In this document: one piece after another, positions 36,045-49,854 of the stretch | Position numbering within the stretch: the stretch's first letter is position 1 | Layout of the letters: every line of letters begins with the position of its first letter | Assembly (NCBI RefSeq): GCF_963921235.1 | Contig: NC_086108.1 | Location: 83,020,001 to 83,084,000, forward strand | From: Mobula hypostoma | Lineage: Eukaryota | Length of the DNA: 64,000 nucleotides | Reading direction: 5' to 3' | The notes under the pieces: model-generated | Database searches by the model: none | What the model saw: the letters and a program-made list of their open reading frames with translations, nothing else | What the model was told of the DNA's origin: nothing | Made by a program: the position numbers and the translations under genes

Positions 36045-37010
36045 GGTTGAGAGGGATAATACATCAGCAATGATGGAATGGCAGAGCAGCTATTATGGAC
36101 CATTGGCTTAATTCTGCCCCTATGTCTTATGGCCTTATGGTAATAACTAAAACCATCTTTATATTGCAAATATTTTTAATAAAAAATATTTGTTGAATCA
36201 ATACATGCCATTATTCCAGTGGTAAGTCACTTACTATTCCCAAGACGAAATCAATACTATCTAATAACACACTGGAAAACATCTTTGCAACCACAATTTG
36301 AATCTCAAGGTAAGATAGAGTACCCTGGTCATTATCTTTTACCCTGTGAGCCTCTGCGTTCAGCAAGTCATGCTTTTTCATTTCTGACAGCTGCAATGGT
36401 TTCTAATCACCAGCCACATTGTGTCCTCTCCAACCCTTTCTGCTTTTCACAGAAGACCACATCCTCAGTGATTATCTGATCTGTTGACCCCTCCATACCC
36501 ATTCCCCTTTTACTCCTCACAGTGGATGTAACACTCGTCTTTACATCTCCTCCATCATCTCCATCCAGGGGCATGAACAGTCCTTCCCAGTGAGGCAAAG
36601 GCTCGCAAGCATCTCCTCCAACCTTGTCTACTGCATTTGGTGCTCCTGACGTAGCCTCCTCTACATCAGCAAGAATAAGTGTAGACTTGGACACTGTTTC
36701 ATAGAACACTTATGTTCATTCCACAAGGGCCATTCCGATCTCTAGTTGTAGACCATCTCAACTGGCTTTGTCATTCCTACACTGACCTGTCCTTCTCTAC
36801 TGCCAGGATGAAGCCAACACACTGGAAGAGCAACACATTATATCCCACCTACAAGATAATGGTTTGAATATTGCTTTTTTCCAAATTTTGATAACCTCCC
36901 CTTTTCTTTTTTCAACTCTCCCGTTTTCACAGTTTCCTTCCCCCTACCTTGCTGCATTTATTTTGTTCCTTTTCCCTCTCTCTGTCGCCTCCATCTATGA
37001 TTTACCTGTC

Positions 37011-37500
37011 TGTCAGTACCTCCAGTTGAACTCTGTCTTTTTGTGTGTTTTCCCCCTAGCTGTCAGTCTGTGGTGTTGTATTGCCATGTGCTCCTGTCCC
37101 TGCTCCTGCTCTACTCTGGCCCCTGTATTACTGAGTAGTCCCTCTCTCATCTGCTTCTCATTATTACCTGTATTGCTGCCACCTGTGTCTCATTGTGCTC
37201 CACCTATCATCTGCCTCCCAGTTTATTGCTCAGTGTATTTCAGTCCTCTGTTGTCACCTATTTGTTTCCAGATTGTACCAGTGAATTTTCCTGAGCCTTT
37301 CCAGCATTTGTATCTGTACTCTATCTGTCTGAAACTCTGCCTGTTTCCTGATTCTGGATTTTGGATTTCTCTGGATATTTTGATCTCTGCCTGAACTTTG
37401 ACACTGACTTTGTTTGCACCTTGGGATTTGTTACCCAATTAATATCACTGTGTGCACAGTACTGGGTCTGTGAATGGATCCCTGCTCCAGCATCCTGACA
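37011..37500 (+). mobile_element. Probable solo LTR
   Basis: Termini tgtcag...cctgaca, flanks ctgtc/ctgtt, and a pyrimidine-rich body like the other solo LTRs here. Confidence 0.55.
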
Positions 37501-37684
37501 CTGTTGCAATCTTCCAACTCCACCCCCACTCACCTCTGCTACTGGGAACTGCCTTCCTGTCACGTTGCACACCTCCTCAGTCCACCAATCACCTAGGAAT
37601 CCTCTCTTGCCATTTCTCCCTTCTCCTTTCTATACTAGTCATCTCACCTCTCCATTCTCAGTCCTGATGCATAATACCATAACC

Positions 37685-38835
37685 ACACAGGAGATTAGTG
37701 TGCAAACTTAAAGCACACGGTATTGGGGGTAAGGTATTGATGTGGATAGAGACTTGGTTGGCAGACAGGAAGCAAAGAGTGGGAATAAACGGGACCTTTT
37801 CAGAATGGCAGGCGGTGACTAGTGGGGTACCGCAAGGCTCGGTGCTGGGACCCTAGTTGTTTACAATATATATTAATGACTTAGATGAGGGAATTAAATG
37901 CAGCATCTCCAAGTTTGCAGATGACACGAAGCTGGGTAGCAGTGTTAGCTGTGAGGAGGATGCTAAGAGGATGCAGGGTGACTTGGATAGGTTAGGTGAG
38001 TGGACAAATTCATGGCAGATGCAATTTAATGTGGATAAATGTGAAGTTATCCACTTTGGTGGCAAAAACAGGAAAACAGATTATTATCTGAATGGTGGCC
38101 GATTAGGAAAAGGGGAGGTGCAATGAGACCTGGGTGTCATTATACACCAGTCATTGAAAGTGGGCATGCAGGTACAGCAGGCGGTGAAAAAGGTGAATGG
38201 TATACTGGCATTCATAGCAAGAGGATTTGAGTACGGGAGCAGGGAGGTACTACTGCAGTTGTACAACGCCTTGGTGAGATCACACCTGGAGTATTATGTA
38301 CAGTTTTGGTCCCCTAATCTGAGGAAAGATATTTTTGCCATAGAGGGAGTACAAAGAAGGTTCACTAGATTGATTCCTGGGTTGGCAGGACTTTCATATG
38401 ACTAGGCTTATACTCTCTGGAATTTAGAAGATTGAGGGGGAATCTGATTGAAACGTATAAAATCCTAAAGGGATTGGACAGGCCAGATGCCGGAAGATTG
38501 TTCCCGATGTTGGGGAAGTCCAGAACGAGGGGTCACAGTTTGAGGATAAAGGGGAAGCCTTTTAGGACCAAGATGAGGAAAAACTTCTTCACACAGAGAG
38601 TGGGTGAATCTGTGGAATTCTTTGCCACAGGAAACAGTTGAGGCCAGTTCATTGGCTATATTTAAGAGGGAGTTAGATATGGCCCTTGTGGCTAAAGGGA
38701 TCAGGGGGTGTGGAGAGAAGGCAGATACAGGGTTCTGAGTTGGATGATCAGCCATGATCATACTGAATGGCGGTGCAGGCTCGAAGGGCCGAATGGCCTA
38801 CTCCTGCACCTATTTTCTATGTTTCTACGTTTCTA
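37685..38835 (+). mobile_element. CR1 RT to 3' end, relatively well preserved
   Basis: SGVPQGSVLGP.LFTIYINDLDEGIKCSISKFADDTKL and HLEYYVQFWSP; tail ttttctatgtttctacgtttcta. Confidence 0.9.
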
Positions 38836-39381
38836 TAAATTTGACCCATAACATCAACACTTTCTTTTGACTACGGATGCTGCATGATCCACCGAGTTCC
38901 TTAACACATTGTTTGCTGCTCCATACTCCAGCCTCTGCAGTGTCTTGTGCTTCTAAAAGGTTCTGCAACTGAGTCTTTATATTGCCTATTTCCTCAACTT
39001 TGAAATCTACACCTGTTGGGATCGATCTTCAATTCTTGAGGTGGTGTCAAATGGCTAACTGCAATTCCACAAACTGTTGTATTTTTCTTCCCATCTTTAT
39101 TTCCAACTGAGATGTGAGGTATTCTGTGAAAAGGCAGCTCCAATCACATTAAAAAGCACACTACTCATGCTGCCCCTGCTTCTTATCCAGTGTTATCTGT
39201 CCTTCCTGCTCTATATTAAATATATCAGCTTTACATTTACTTTTCATATTGTTATTTGATGTAATTATTACCCTTTTATTATTTTTGTATTCTCTGAACG
39301 TCTGCCTCAGCTGGATATAGTGAACTCGGAGAAATAGTTATCACATTTTGTCTGGTCTGCACCATTAAACCCGTGGGAGCA

Positions 39382-39485
39382 GAGACACAAGAGACTGCAA
39401 ATGCTGGAATCTGGAGTGAAACACTGCTTGAAGAACTCTGCGGGTAAAGTAGCATTTGTGGAGGCGAAGGGATGGTTGATGTTGC
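39382..39485 (-). mobile_element. Penelope terminal fragment
   Basis: gacacaagagactgcaaatgctggaatctggag is the reverse complement of the Penelope 3' end seen at about 38925-38950. Confidence 0.55.
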
Positions 39486-42233
39486 ATCATGTTACTGCAA
39501 CCACAGCTGGAAAAAAAATCCAATTGTCAAGTAAAACAGAAACTCAATAACCTTTTACTGTTCATGGTATAAAAAGCCGTAGGTGGTTCAGCTGCTGCCA
39601 TAAATGAACCAATTTGTGTGAGATGCCAGGGGCCCACACTCTCAGAGAGTTAACAACGGTGCATAGGAAGATGCAATGAAAAATTGGATGACCAGACAAT
39701 AACCGATAGAAACATTAAAGGAAGTTAACTGTTAACCATTATTTCAATCTTCCATGGGGATGACAAATGTCTAAAGATCAACTACAGAAACCATTATATG
39801 AATGATATTTAGCACTGAAATACAAAACAAAGCTTTCCTGATATATGAAGCTTACGAAAACCACAAAGATTATATCCAGAATATTTTGTGGAGTTCTTTA
39901 GTTAACCATTATGACACAACAGTTCTCCATGATTTTGACATACCATATCGGAGTATAATGTTTTATAATGTATTGGTGTTTTCTGCAGTTTTGAATGGTA
40001 ACTTACAGTTAGTCCATAATCTTCTTTCCAGTGAAAATGCACGATTATTGTATATTGAATCAATTGCACATGAAACACAGAAACATAGTAGAAAATGCCA
40101 AACTGCACTTCCACAAGGCATGCTTAGTGTCATGACTGACAGATCCATCTTAATATCCAAAGGCCCTTTCAATTCCAATTAAAGATTGTATTTACTGAGA
40201 GCGTTAATATAACAAAAGTTTGTTGAACTCTTGGAAATGAAACACCTCAACGTGGAATGAAACTATTGAAGATTGCCTCAATTGGTAACTTTCGGCATGG
40301 TAAATACTCCAATTACAGTTTGAGGTATTTCAGTCCCAGGAACTTAATTGTTTCATGCTACATTAAAGATGCTAAGTAATTGGTAACTTTTAATGCTGAC
40401 CCGACTGAGCGATTAATGAATATACAGTTCAGTTGTATCAGAGCATCTTTACACGAGTACTGCATTGAATAGAAGAGAAATTTTATTGAAGTGTTTGTAG
40501 ACACCTGATATATTTGACTTCCACTTGCTCTCAGTGTTGAATTTTAATTTGTTCCTTTTAACTTTTAGAGACTCTGACTAGTCTTCCTCCTCTTAATGTG
40601 ATTTAATGTTAAGATTCATTGGACTGTTTCAACAATTACAGAATATTTATAAAGAGTATAAGTCAATAAAGGGTTTTCAAAATGAACATTAATACTGTTA
40701 GTCATTATTTTAAACCAGTGGATCTTGTTTCTCACTTTTGTATTGCCATCTTCCCAAATATTTGAACTATTAAAAGCCACAATAATTCCCACTGTGGTGT
40801 TCAGTAATGCAGATCTTGACCAGTCTCTTGATGATTTAATTATCCATATGTTCATTGTGCCACTCTACCAGACAACAAATTATTGTCTCCATCTCATCTC
40901 CATTCATGTCAGCAATGAGTCGTTCACTGTAAGAGTACACTCTCATGGCTGTATTTCGTTCATATCTTGAATTAAATTAATTTTTTTAATGTTCCTTGCA
41001 ACCTAGTCTGCCCGAAAACTTTGTTTTCTTTTTCATGACTGATCCAAAAGCTGTTGCACATCCATCAGAAGTTTCCCTGTCTTAGCTGAGAAGAGTGCAT
41101 GGTATAGCCAGCATCAGCCAAATCCAATGCTTACAAAATCTTTTCTAAGCAGTATTGCTACTTATACTACTGCAGAAAATTCAAATAATAGTCCTTCCGC
41201 ATACATTTAGCATTTTTACACAAATAAGTTGTCCAGTTATGCTTGACAGATAGAAGAAAACATTTATTTAGAATTAACTTTCTGTTGAGAATTACAACTG
41301 ATACTTACACAATGACGGTTTGGAAAAAATGCTTAGTTAAATAAAATTTCCTTGCACTTTCAAAAAAACCTCACACATTCAATCTTAAATACATAATATA
41401 TACCATGATTGGCATTTACAGATGTTTAATACTTCTCTTTCTATCCCTTGCCAGTTTTATTACCTCACAATATTCATCTGGACAACAGTGTTCAGGAAAG
41501 GTGCCATTTAAAATATGCCAACTACATTTATTATCAAAAACTGATAAAAAGGGAGAAAGCATGCTTAATGTTACATCATGCTGTATTCCTTGTGCCGACT
41601 TTCCTTGATCCTGCTGGTTAATCACTTCAGCAATAATGGAGCATTGATAAAGAATGTAAGCCATTGAAGGGATTTCAAATGAATACCAAAGCATTCAAGG
41701 GAGATTTGGTTTTCTCAAAATTTGCTAACAAGTTCAATGTTCTAACATCTTTTTACTAAATCAGTTAAATGTGAATTAAAATAAACAGTTCTTGCATTTA
41801 GCTCCAAATTATTAATAGGGGCAAGGATAGAACAGTGCATATGTGACAAAAGTATGTTTTTGGCAAATATAGTTTTAGATTCATCCACTCTTCAATTAAT
41901 CAGATTAGGTCACTTGCAATTTGTGCAGATGACATCTGTGCAAATTGGGTCTAGTGAAGTTACAGTCAAATGCTGCTTTTGTATTTTTCAAATTTCACTG
42001 TTACACTTAAAAATTATTCTCATTGAATTATATTTGGCCTTCCTCAATAAGATGGCAGGAGATGTTGAAATGTCTCTGTTCACAGAAAACAGACTTTAAA
42101 ACTGAATTTCATCATGGTATGGACATAGGTTTTTTTGAATTTAAACATGGATTTCTGCTGGTGAAAGTTTCAAGAGGCTTAGCCATGGCACTGTACAATG
42201 AAAGAAGCTTTGTAATCAAAGCTCAGACCAGTT

Positions 42234-42788
42234 CTATGAGGATGAATCCACGTCCTGGGGTAAGTTCAGCTGTACCGCCTCAGCTCCAGGTGTATACTTA
42301 GCTCCAGGGTTGTTGCCATCCATTGTAAAGAGTTTACATGTCTTTGAGTTTTCATGTACTGGGGTAGACTTCTTCGAAGACACTGGTGAGTTTGTTGGAC
42401 TGAGCTGGACTGCAGTTGTGTCTTGCACAGTGTGCTCACTAGTCTCAATTTCAAATGTAGCGTGACCGGGCTTGATGATACCAATATTGGATCCAGGTTT
42501 GGACTTCCTCTGACCATGGGCAGGGGGTCTCCGACTACAGATGCAACAGGCTACAAAAAAGGTAAAAGCAACCACCAGCAAAATGGGCCCAATAATGATG
42601 GGAGGATTGTTCACTGGCAAGAAGGTGCCAAAGGCAAAGGCCCCCACGAGAGTGATGTTAATCCCTGCCAACATGATACAGAGGCCACAGGCACAACAAA
42701 GAGCTGGAGACGGAAGACCCTGTGGTCTTGTCTTCTTCTGCCCAGACTTCTGAGGGACTGTAGTGCTGTTTTTCTCGGTAAACATCAT
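42234..42788 (-). CDS. TMEM275: Transmembrane protein 275 (single coding exon, 184 aa)
   Basis: Uninterrupted ORF with GLPSPALCCACGLC.MLAG.N.TL.GAF, two hydrophobic helices, CCICSRR, E.E.SE.T.QDTTAVQLSP and E.VQLN, all matching vertebrate TMEM275 as I recall it. Start could be either of two tandem ATGs; stop TAG. Confidence 0.92.
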   Translation of the reverse strand: MMFTEKNSTTVPQKSGQKKTRPQGLPSPALCCACGLCIMLAGINITLVGAFAFGTFLPVNNPPIIIGPILLVVAFTFFVACCICSRRPPAHGQRKSKPGSNIGIIKPGHATFEIETSEHTVQDTTAVQLSPTNSPVSSKKSTPVHENSKTCKLFTMDGNNPGAKYTPGAEAVQLNLPQDVDSSS

Positions 42789-42844
42789 AACTTTGATCAG
42801 GTGATTATGTCAACTCAGTCAAGCACAGTAATTAATTACCTTCA

Positions 42845-42865
42845 CTGTGAAAACAGAAAACATGT
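42845..42865 (-). promoter_or_regulatory. TMEM275: Splice acceptor of the TMEM275 coding exon (exon starts at 42844)
   Basis: Minus strand reads atgttttctgttttcacag|TGAAGG, a polypyrimidine tract plus CAG 56 nt upstream of the ATG. Confidence 0.7.
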
Positions 42866-43364
42866 CCATCAGCTAATTAACAGATGCAAGTGGATATCAT
42901 AACTGATATTCATCATACAAAAGGCACACACAGTTAATCACAAATAAAGAACTCAAAGAAAAATAGACAAAAAATATTGATGGGGGTCAGAAATATAAGT
43001 AAGTACCAAGGTAAAACAGATTGATAAATTAGCCAACATAAATCTGTTTAAAAATTATGTAAAAAAGGGAGCACATACTCATAATTCACATTTAAATAAG
43101 GATTTTAAAGAAAGCAATGCATGTAGAATTTTGTAATTGGTAAATTTAAAAGAATCAATAAAATTGCACTGTGAGTTCATAAATCTCTAATTTCATCATT
43201 TAGTTTCTATGAGGGATTTTTTCATTGTTTGTACAATGCTTGATGCATTAAAGCAAGTTGTCTTATGGGGTTAAATTAGGTTTAAAGTACATTTCGTTAG
43301 TTCAAAATTTGTAAAGCCCTTTATGGCACATTGATTAGGTACTAATGCCCATCTGCTATATGAC

Positions 43365-43770
43365 TACCATCCATCCATGCTCTCTTCTTGCTGCTGCCAT
43401 CAGGAAGCAGGTAAAGCAGCCTTAGATCCCACACCACCAGGTTCAGGAATACTTATTACCCTTCAACCAACATGCTCCTGAACGAGAGTGGATCACTTCA
43501 CTCACCCAAATGCTAAACTGATTCCTGAACCGATGGATCCACTTTCAAGAACTCTACAACTTATGTTCTCAATATTATTTACTTGTTTGTTTGTTTGTTT
43601 GTTATTTATTTGTTGCTTTTCTTTTTGTATTTGCGTAATCTGTTGTCTTTTGCACATTGGTAGTTTGTCAGTGTGTGAAGTTTTTCATTGATTATATTTT
43701 ATTGTATCTACAAGGAAATCAATCTCGGTGACATAGATATACATTGATAATAAATTTATTTTGAACTCTG
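43365..43770 (+). mobile_element. Rex/Babar-like 3' fragment in the putative TMEM275 intron
   Basis: H.SHALFLLLPSG.R..SLRSHTTRFRN.YYP motif; tail tgataataaatttattttgaact. Confidence 0.7.
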
Positions 43771-46700
43771 ATAGATCAATGGCTTTGATTGATACATTGG
43801 CTACAAAATTCACAGGGGTTTTTATTGGATCCTGTTGAGAGAACTCCAGGGAAAACAAGCAAGATCCTCTCGATAACTTCTATTTGGACACCATACTCTT
43901 CTGATTTGGCTATGATTGTGAACCAGAAGAAGAACAAATACAAAACATTCCTAGTTTTTTTTTTCCTTAGACTTGCCTTTTAGCATGTGGGGTGAGGAAA
44001 TTGGTTGCAGAATCTGTCCCCTTTAAAAGATTAGCAGTCAGCCAGGTTGCTGTGCATTTGGAGCAGGCAAAGGTCACTGACACTTGCCAGCCCTTCATCA
44101 TATGAGGTGGAGTCCTAATGAATATACAAGATCCAGAAAAACAGGTGCCGGGTGGATACTTATTTTGCACATATTCCTTCAAAATCCTTGCTTAAAAATG
44201 GATCATGAGTATGTGTTCTTTCTTTACATAAGTTTAAGTACATTTATGTATGTTGACTAATTTATCAAACTGTTTTACCCTGATATTTGTTTATATTTCT
44301 GACCTTCATCAAATAATAATAATTACTGATTGGCTATATAGAAATAAATTCCAGCATATTATTGGAGTACATTGAATTCCAACATTTACAAACTTGTATG
44401 GACTTTGTTGGAAAGAAAAAAGTTTAAAATGACCATGCATCAAGAAACCACAATGATAGCTGAGTTTCATTTTGCACCGGGAACCCCTGTGCTTGAATGC
44501 CTCTTCTATGGCTTCACAAGACCTGGGATATTGCCTCAACCATTCACTCAACAAAAACTTAGCTGAATGTGAGCTAAAATATTGTTTTAAACACCAGCAT
44601 TATCCCCTGTGTTTTTTTAAATCTGGGTAAGCAAAAGGTGCAAATGGTGTAATCCAACAGGGATTGAGGTTATAGGGTTAACACTAGAGCCTCCTAATGC
44701 ACTAACTGAAAAAAAAACTTCAGTTTTGTTAAATGATACCCTTCATGGAGTGGATTTAACTGTTCAGTAGTCAATAAAAATAACAATTAATATCCTTTTA
44801 TTTACTTCGTTTTTATTTCATGTATGAATTTAATTTTTGTTGTGAATTTTTAATATTTACAGGAACTTGGGATGCACGAATAGCCATTTAAAGCTGGATT
44901 CTCTATGTGATACAGGGAATGTGGGGTTTTATTTAGCTTTCTGAAAGAGTTACTGTAATTTGGAGACACTGGGAATGGTTTCAAAATTTGGAAAAAAGCT
45001 GAGAATGATTTTGAGCTTCAGCAACAAAGAGAAAATAACCTAGTCATTACTATCATCTTCCATAACCTCCTCCCTTCCAAACACTTATTTCTTCAGGCCA
45101 GCTTTTCGCACACCTTCTTCCACTAGCATGAAGTCACTCTATCTAAGCCTTTCTACCTCCCCATCCCCTCTTCACATTTAAGATAGTTCTGAAAACATAT
45201 TTCTTCACTTGGCTTTTGGTCATCAATCTGAACAGCTTTCTCAGGCTCTGCAACTGTTCTGTGAAAGACCTTGCGGTTAATTTAATACATCACCCATTAC
45301 CAAATATTATCTGTAGTTCATATTTTCCACTGCATAATGTGGCTCAGAAATACATGTACTTCAGACTTTTAAAATTCCGGCATAATTTCTGTTCCAACCT
45401 TCTAAACATATGTGAGCTGTCTTCACACCATCAACCAGCATTCTCCTGACTGAGTCAGAGTGTGTCTAAATCCTGGTCCTGTTACATGAGTATGAAATCC
45501 AGGCTGACACATCACCATGAAATTGAAGGAAGGCTGCATTATTACTGTTGCATCTTTCGTTCAAACCAAAACCCTGTTTTACAGTCTTTTGCAATTTGTC
45601 ATCATTTATCCCTTGTGTTGCCATTGGAAGCATGATTGCATAGTTGTCAACATTGTTCCTTCTTTCCATTACATTTATTTTCTAATTTTCTTTGTGAGGT
45701 CCCTCTATCCCAGCTAAATGAACAGTTATTTGACTTCTTCTAAGACCTGTTTGCTTGAGTCTGTTGCTAGGTGTACCAGAAGAACATGGGACCTGGAGTG
45801 ATCTGCTCTTCCATGTATCTGTCTTACTGAAAAACAATGAAACCCTTCTTCTGAAGATGTGAGGGGACCTTGCAATACGAAGGTATGATGAGCCACTATT
45901 CTGTTCCAATGAACCAGAAGTATGAAGCATTTCATATCAATCCAGGTTAATGTGAAATTCATCATTATTAAGGGCATCAACTCAACTTTATACAGAGGAG
46001 GTCATTAGATATCTTTGCATATGACATGGACACATTCAGCAAAAGTTATCTGGACATTCTGAAATGATAACTAATATGAATTTCTGGACACAAAACAGAT
46101 GCATTGTGTGCAAACTTCAAATATGGCATTCACCATATTGGTCCTCCTTGTTTTGATGCAACCATAATTTGAAATTAGCTTCGGATCAATTTACACAACA
46201 CAAGAGTTATGGAACCATTTTGAAAATTGCATAGATAAGCTAATTGAAGCATGCGCTGAACAAGTTTTGACTGCATTCTAGCTACATTGTAAGTCAATGT
46301 TCATCTTTAAATATATTCAGGCTCTCCTGGTATCTTTATTGAGGCTCCTCATTAGTGCTGGGAGAGCCTCTATAACAAAAACAAATTCGTGGTGTACATG
46401 ACTGCAAGTATTTGCCAGATATTTTCACTTGGTCATTTGATGTACATCAAGCCTTATATCAACTCTTTTACCCTCAGTACTCCTAGAAACAAAAATATTT
46501 TTAACTTTTATTTAAATAATTCTTCAATCACCCCTTTAAAATTCTAGTACTTTGCTAAAGATGCTATTGGCATCTTGCCTAATTGCTAGCATTTTGAATT
46601 GTTGGATGCTGATTGACCTTAATTGCTGTTTGCTTTCAGCAAGCACCGTTGATATTGACGGACTGTAACCAGGCTTTATTCAATAGTCTATAGTGGCACA

Positions 46701-47109
46701 AAGGTGAGTGGATATGTTCAAAGAATGTTCCCTTGGATGCTCAGAAGCTTTGACCTGAGGCAGGGTGATGTGCACCTACTGGTTTCAAACATGTAAAGTA
46801 TTTCATTGTGAAAGAATTAAGTATATTTGCCAGGATATATAAACAATTAGAGGTTGAATCTCACCATTAGTATTCCCACCTTAACAGCAACTTGAATTCA
46901 TATCAGAAAAGGTTATTTGCTGTAAGTACCTCATAATTCACAATCTGACTTTATTTAGATGAATTAGAAATAATAAATGTTTCTACTTTTTTAAAAAAAA
47001 AGTTTCAAGCATTAATGAGACATTAATAAAGAAGTGTTCTATCAATGCTTATTGGACCGAGGCACTATTCTTCTCAGACAAAAATGCTGTCCAGGTTGGT
47101 AGGTTATTT

Positions 47110-47880
47110 GCAGCCACCGGGTAAAATGATTTGGAGACACAAGATTGGGAGCCTGCTTCACTGAGCATCTACGTTCTGTCTGCCAGAAGAAGTAGATTCT
47201 CCCAGTGGCCACCCACCCTCTTAACTCCACTTCCCATTCCCATTCCAATATGTCAATCCATGGCCTCCTCTACGATTGTGATGCCACACTCAAGTTGGTG
47301 GAGCAACACCTCCTATTCCGCCTGGTAGCCTCCAACCTGATGGAATGAACATTGATTTCTCAAATTTCTGGTAATGGCCCCCACCCCCCTCCTTCACCAT
47401 TCCCCATCCCCTTTACCACCTCTCTCCTTATCTCCTTGCCCATCCATCACCTCCCTTCTCCCTCTGGTGCTCCTCCTCCCTTTTCTTTCTTCCATGGCCT
47501 TCTGTCCTCTCCTGTTAGATTCCCCCTTCTCCAGCCCTGTATCATTTCACCAATTTCCCAGCTTTTTACTTCACCCCTCCCCCTCCCAGTTTCACCTATC
47601 ACCTTGCGTTTCTCCTCTCCTCCCCCCTCCTTTTAAGTCTACTCCTCGTCTTTTTTTTCTCCAGTCCTGCTGAAGGGTCTCGGCCTGAAACGTCGATTGT
47701 ACTCTCATCCAAGGATGCTGCCTGGCCTGCTGAGTTCCTCCAGCATTTTGTGTGTGTTGCTAGGAGATACAAGATGCTACAATCTGGAGTGAAAACAAAC
47801 TGCTGGGGCAATTCAGATGGTCAAGAGGCACCTGTCGAAGCAAAGGGATGATTGACATTTTGGGTTGAGACTCAGCATCT
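47110..47880 (+). mobile_element. Penelope 3' fragment (47110-47760) followed by an inverted terminal fragment
   Basis: GDTRLGACFTEHLRSV.., ggagcaacacctc.tattccgcctgg, and terminal cagtcctgctgaagggtctcggcctgaaacgtcgattg. Confidence 0.8.
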
Positions 47881-48439
47881 GTAAATGAGTAATTTGTGGT
47901 GTTGATCAGTTCCAAACAGATAAAAGTGCATACTGCCCATAACTTAGCACAAAACAGTCGTCTTCACTCAGGAAAGCCTCAAGGACAGTTTAGGTGGAGT
48001 TTAAATGTCTGCAATTGAATAATGAAGGCATTTTTCCTTTTTTGAATTTGGAGAGGCTCAAATCATAACGTACTAATGGCATGTTGCATTAGGAGCAGTA
48101 TAGAACAATTTTTATTCAAGATTATATCAACAGTATCCTGTTTCTTATTCCAAAATGCAACGTTGAACAGTTAGTGCAAGATATTGTGCTGAACCGAAAT
48201 GGTCATGTTAATTTATAACTACTAAGGTCACCAAGGTCACTGCATTCTGTTAAGTCATCAGAAGGAATACAACTGTTTAAAACATATTCCTTCAGGAAAC
48301 ATGTTCACATATAAAATATGCAGGGTCATGTCTTGTACTACTGTGACAGAATTAGCTTTGCTCTTTAAACAATGCTAGAGGAAAAAATACAAATAACAAT
48401 GACATGAAATAAATTCAGTAACAGAGAATTCTGACATGG

Positions 48440-48770
48440 TTCAAAAGGCTTGATATATGGAGGACGATACTCTTGGCCGGTGGGTTTAGATCAGGTGCTC
48501 ACAGTCTCAAAATAAAGGGTGAGGCATCCAGAACTGAGAAGAGAAGAAATCTCCTCTCTCAAAGAGTGGTGATCCTATGGAATTCCCTGACACAAGACTA
48601 TGGAAGTATAATCTCTGAAATGATAGAATTATTGACACGTATAAGGTATCTAGGAGTATGGGAGTAGTTGATGCTGAGATATAGAATTAGCTATGGTTGT
48701 ACTGATTGGCAGAACAGGCTCAAGCAGATGAATGGCCTATTCCTGTTCTTTTGTTTCCATATTTCTATAT
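48440..48770 (+). mobile_element. Degenerate CR1 3' fragment
   Basis: HSLKIKG..RTEKRRNLLSQRVVILWNSL; tail gaatggcctattcctgttc. Confidence 0.7.
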
Positions 48771-49854
48771 AGCTTCTTGTGATCTTAACCAAGAAAAACA
48801 TAATTGAGTCTATATTCTGGTTAAGTCTATTGTCTTTCAGGGAATGCTCCCTGCTTCTTAAAATGCATTGCAGGAAGCACAGGGCACAGTATAAAGGTGC
48901 TATACGATATTACAAGGTTGCCTTGCTCAAGGTAGATTGCTCAGTCCCAACTTGCAGAAAAGACTGTCCCCTCATCACTGAAGGTTCCCAATTATTGAGT
49001 GTCAGCTTTTTGTCTTCACTCCCTTGTCCAAAAACATACAGTACATATACTTACATTGTCAGTGAATAAATATTTAAGCTTGCCTTTCATTGGTGTAACT
49101 TTCTGTCCTTTCTGATTTTAACTTTTAAGAACATAAAATATAGAAAAAGAAATAAGTACATGGAGAGGAGGGTTCAAAGGGCTATGAACCAAATGTGGAA
49201 AAATAGGACTAGTTTGGTGGGCAAGGATATTTAGCCAAACAGCCTTTTTCCATGTTGTATTACTGTGTGACTTTATGACACGGACTCTAGTCCACTCTTT
49301 ATCAAACTATTTTAAGACTTCCATCACTGTTGCTAGATCTCTTTGTTCTCTTGATATCCAGAAAACCATTGACCTCTTTTCTGAATGAGCCCCATGACCT
49401 AGCCTCCTGGACAGAAACTATAAAATATTCACCACCCTCCAAGTGAAGAAAGTTTTCCTTATCTCAATCCTAATTTGCCTTTGCTTATTCTTTGATGAGA
49501 TCTCCTTTCTTTCATACTCTAGAGAATACAATCTCTATCTACAAAGTCTAACCCCATACAAATCCATTTTTGCTGGAGCCTTTTCTGCACTCCTTCCATG
49601 GTATATACATCCACACCGATAAAAATATCAAAATTATATATATATATATACATACACAAACACATATCATGTACAAAATGAATATCTAACGAGGATGTCA
49701 TGAACAGAGCAAACACAAAAAGAAATAATGCATGAGATCATGAAAAGGCAATGTAACCAATGAATTGATCCACTTGACCTGAAACAGAAGTGTGTGGGCT
49801 ATGGCAGTCAAAGCTCAAACTGGGCACGGCACCTAATGATGATGATGATATACA

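Larger units (their letters stand above)
27470..36140 (+). mobile_element. CR1 RT to 3' end, split by an L1 (27598-31942) and a solo LTR (32952-36044)
   Basis: KSCLTNLL..LDFQ.FEKV|RLLNK.. continues across the L1; the 3'UTR gagaaggcaggagaat..gttg|agagggataat continues across the LTR; tail tatgtcttatggccttatgg. Confidence 0.85.
36530..38950 (+). mobile_element. Old degenerate Penelope element split by a solo LTR and a CR1
   Basis: IQG..QSF.VRQ and LVYCIWCS..LLYI remnants, ctggaagagcaacac; the terminal repeat cagtcctgatgc (37660-37670) resumes at about 38836 (tgacccataacatcaac..gatgctgc). Confidence 0.6.

Noticed and set aside
36864..37394. 176-aa hydrophobic Cys/Leu-rich ORF
   Set aside because: Artefact of pyrimidine-rich Penelope and LTR sequence.
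39802..40182. 126-aa ORF in unique DNA
   Set aside because: No motif, low-information AT-rich composition, and antisense to the likely TMEM275 3' region.
42423..42902. 159-aa plus-strand ORF
   Set aside because: Antisense shadow of the TMEM275 coding sequence with no recognisable domain.
45682..45980. Overlapping short minus-strand ORFs in the intron
   Set aside because: No recognisable homology or splice context.
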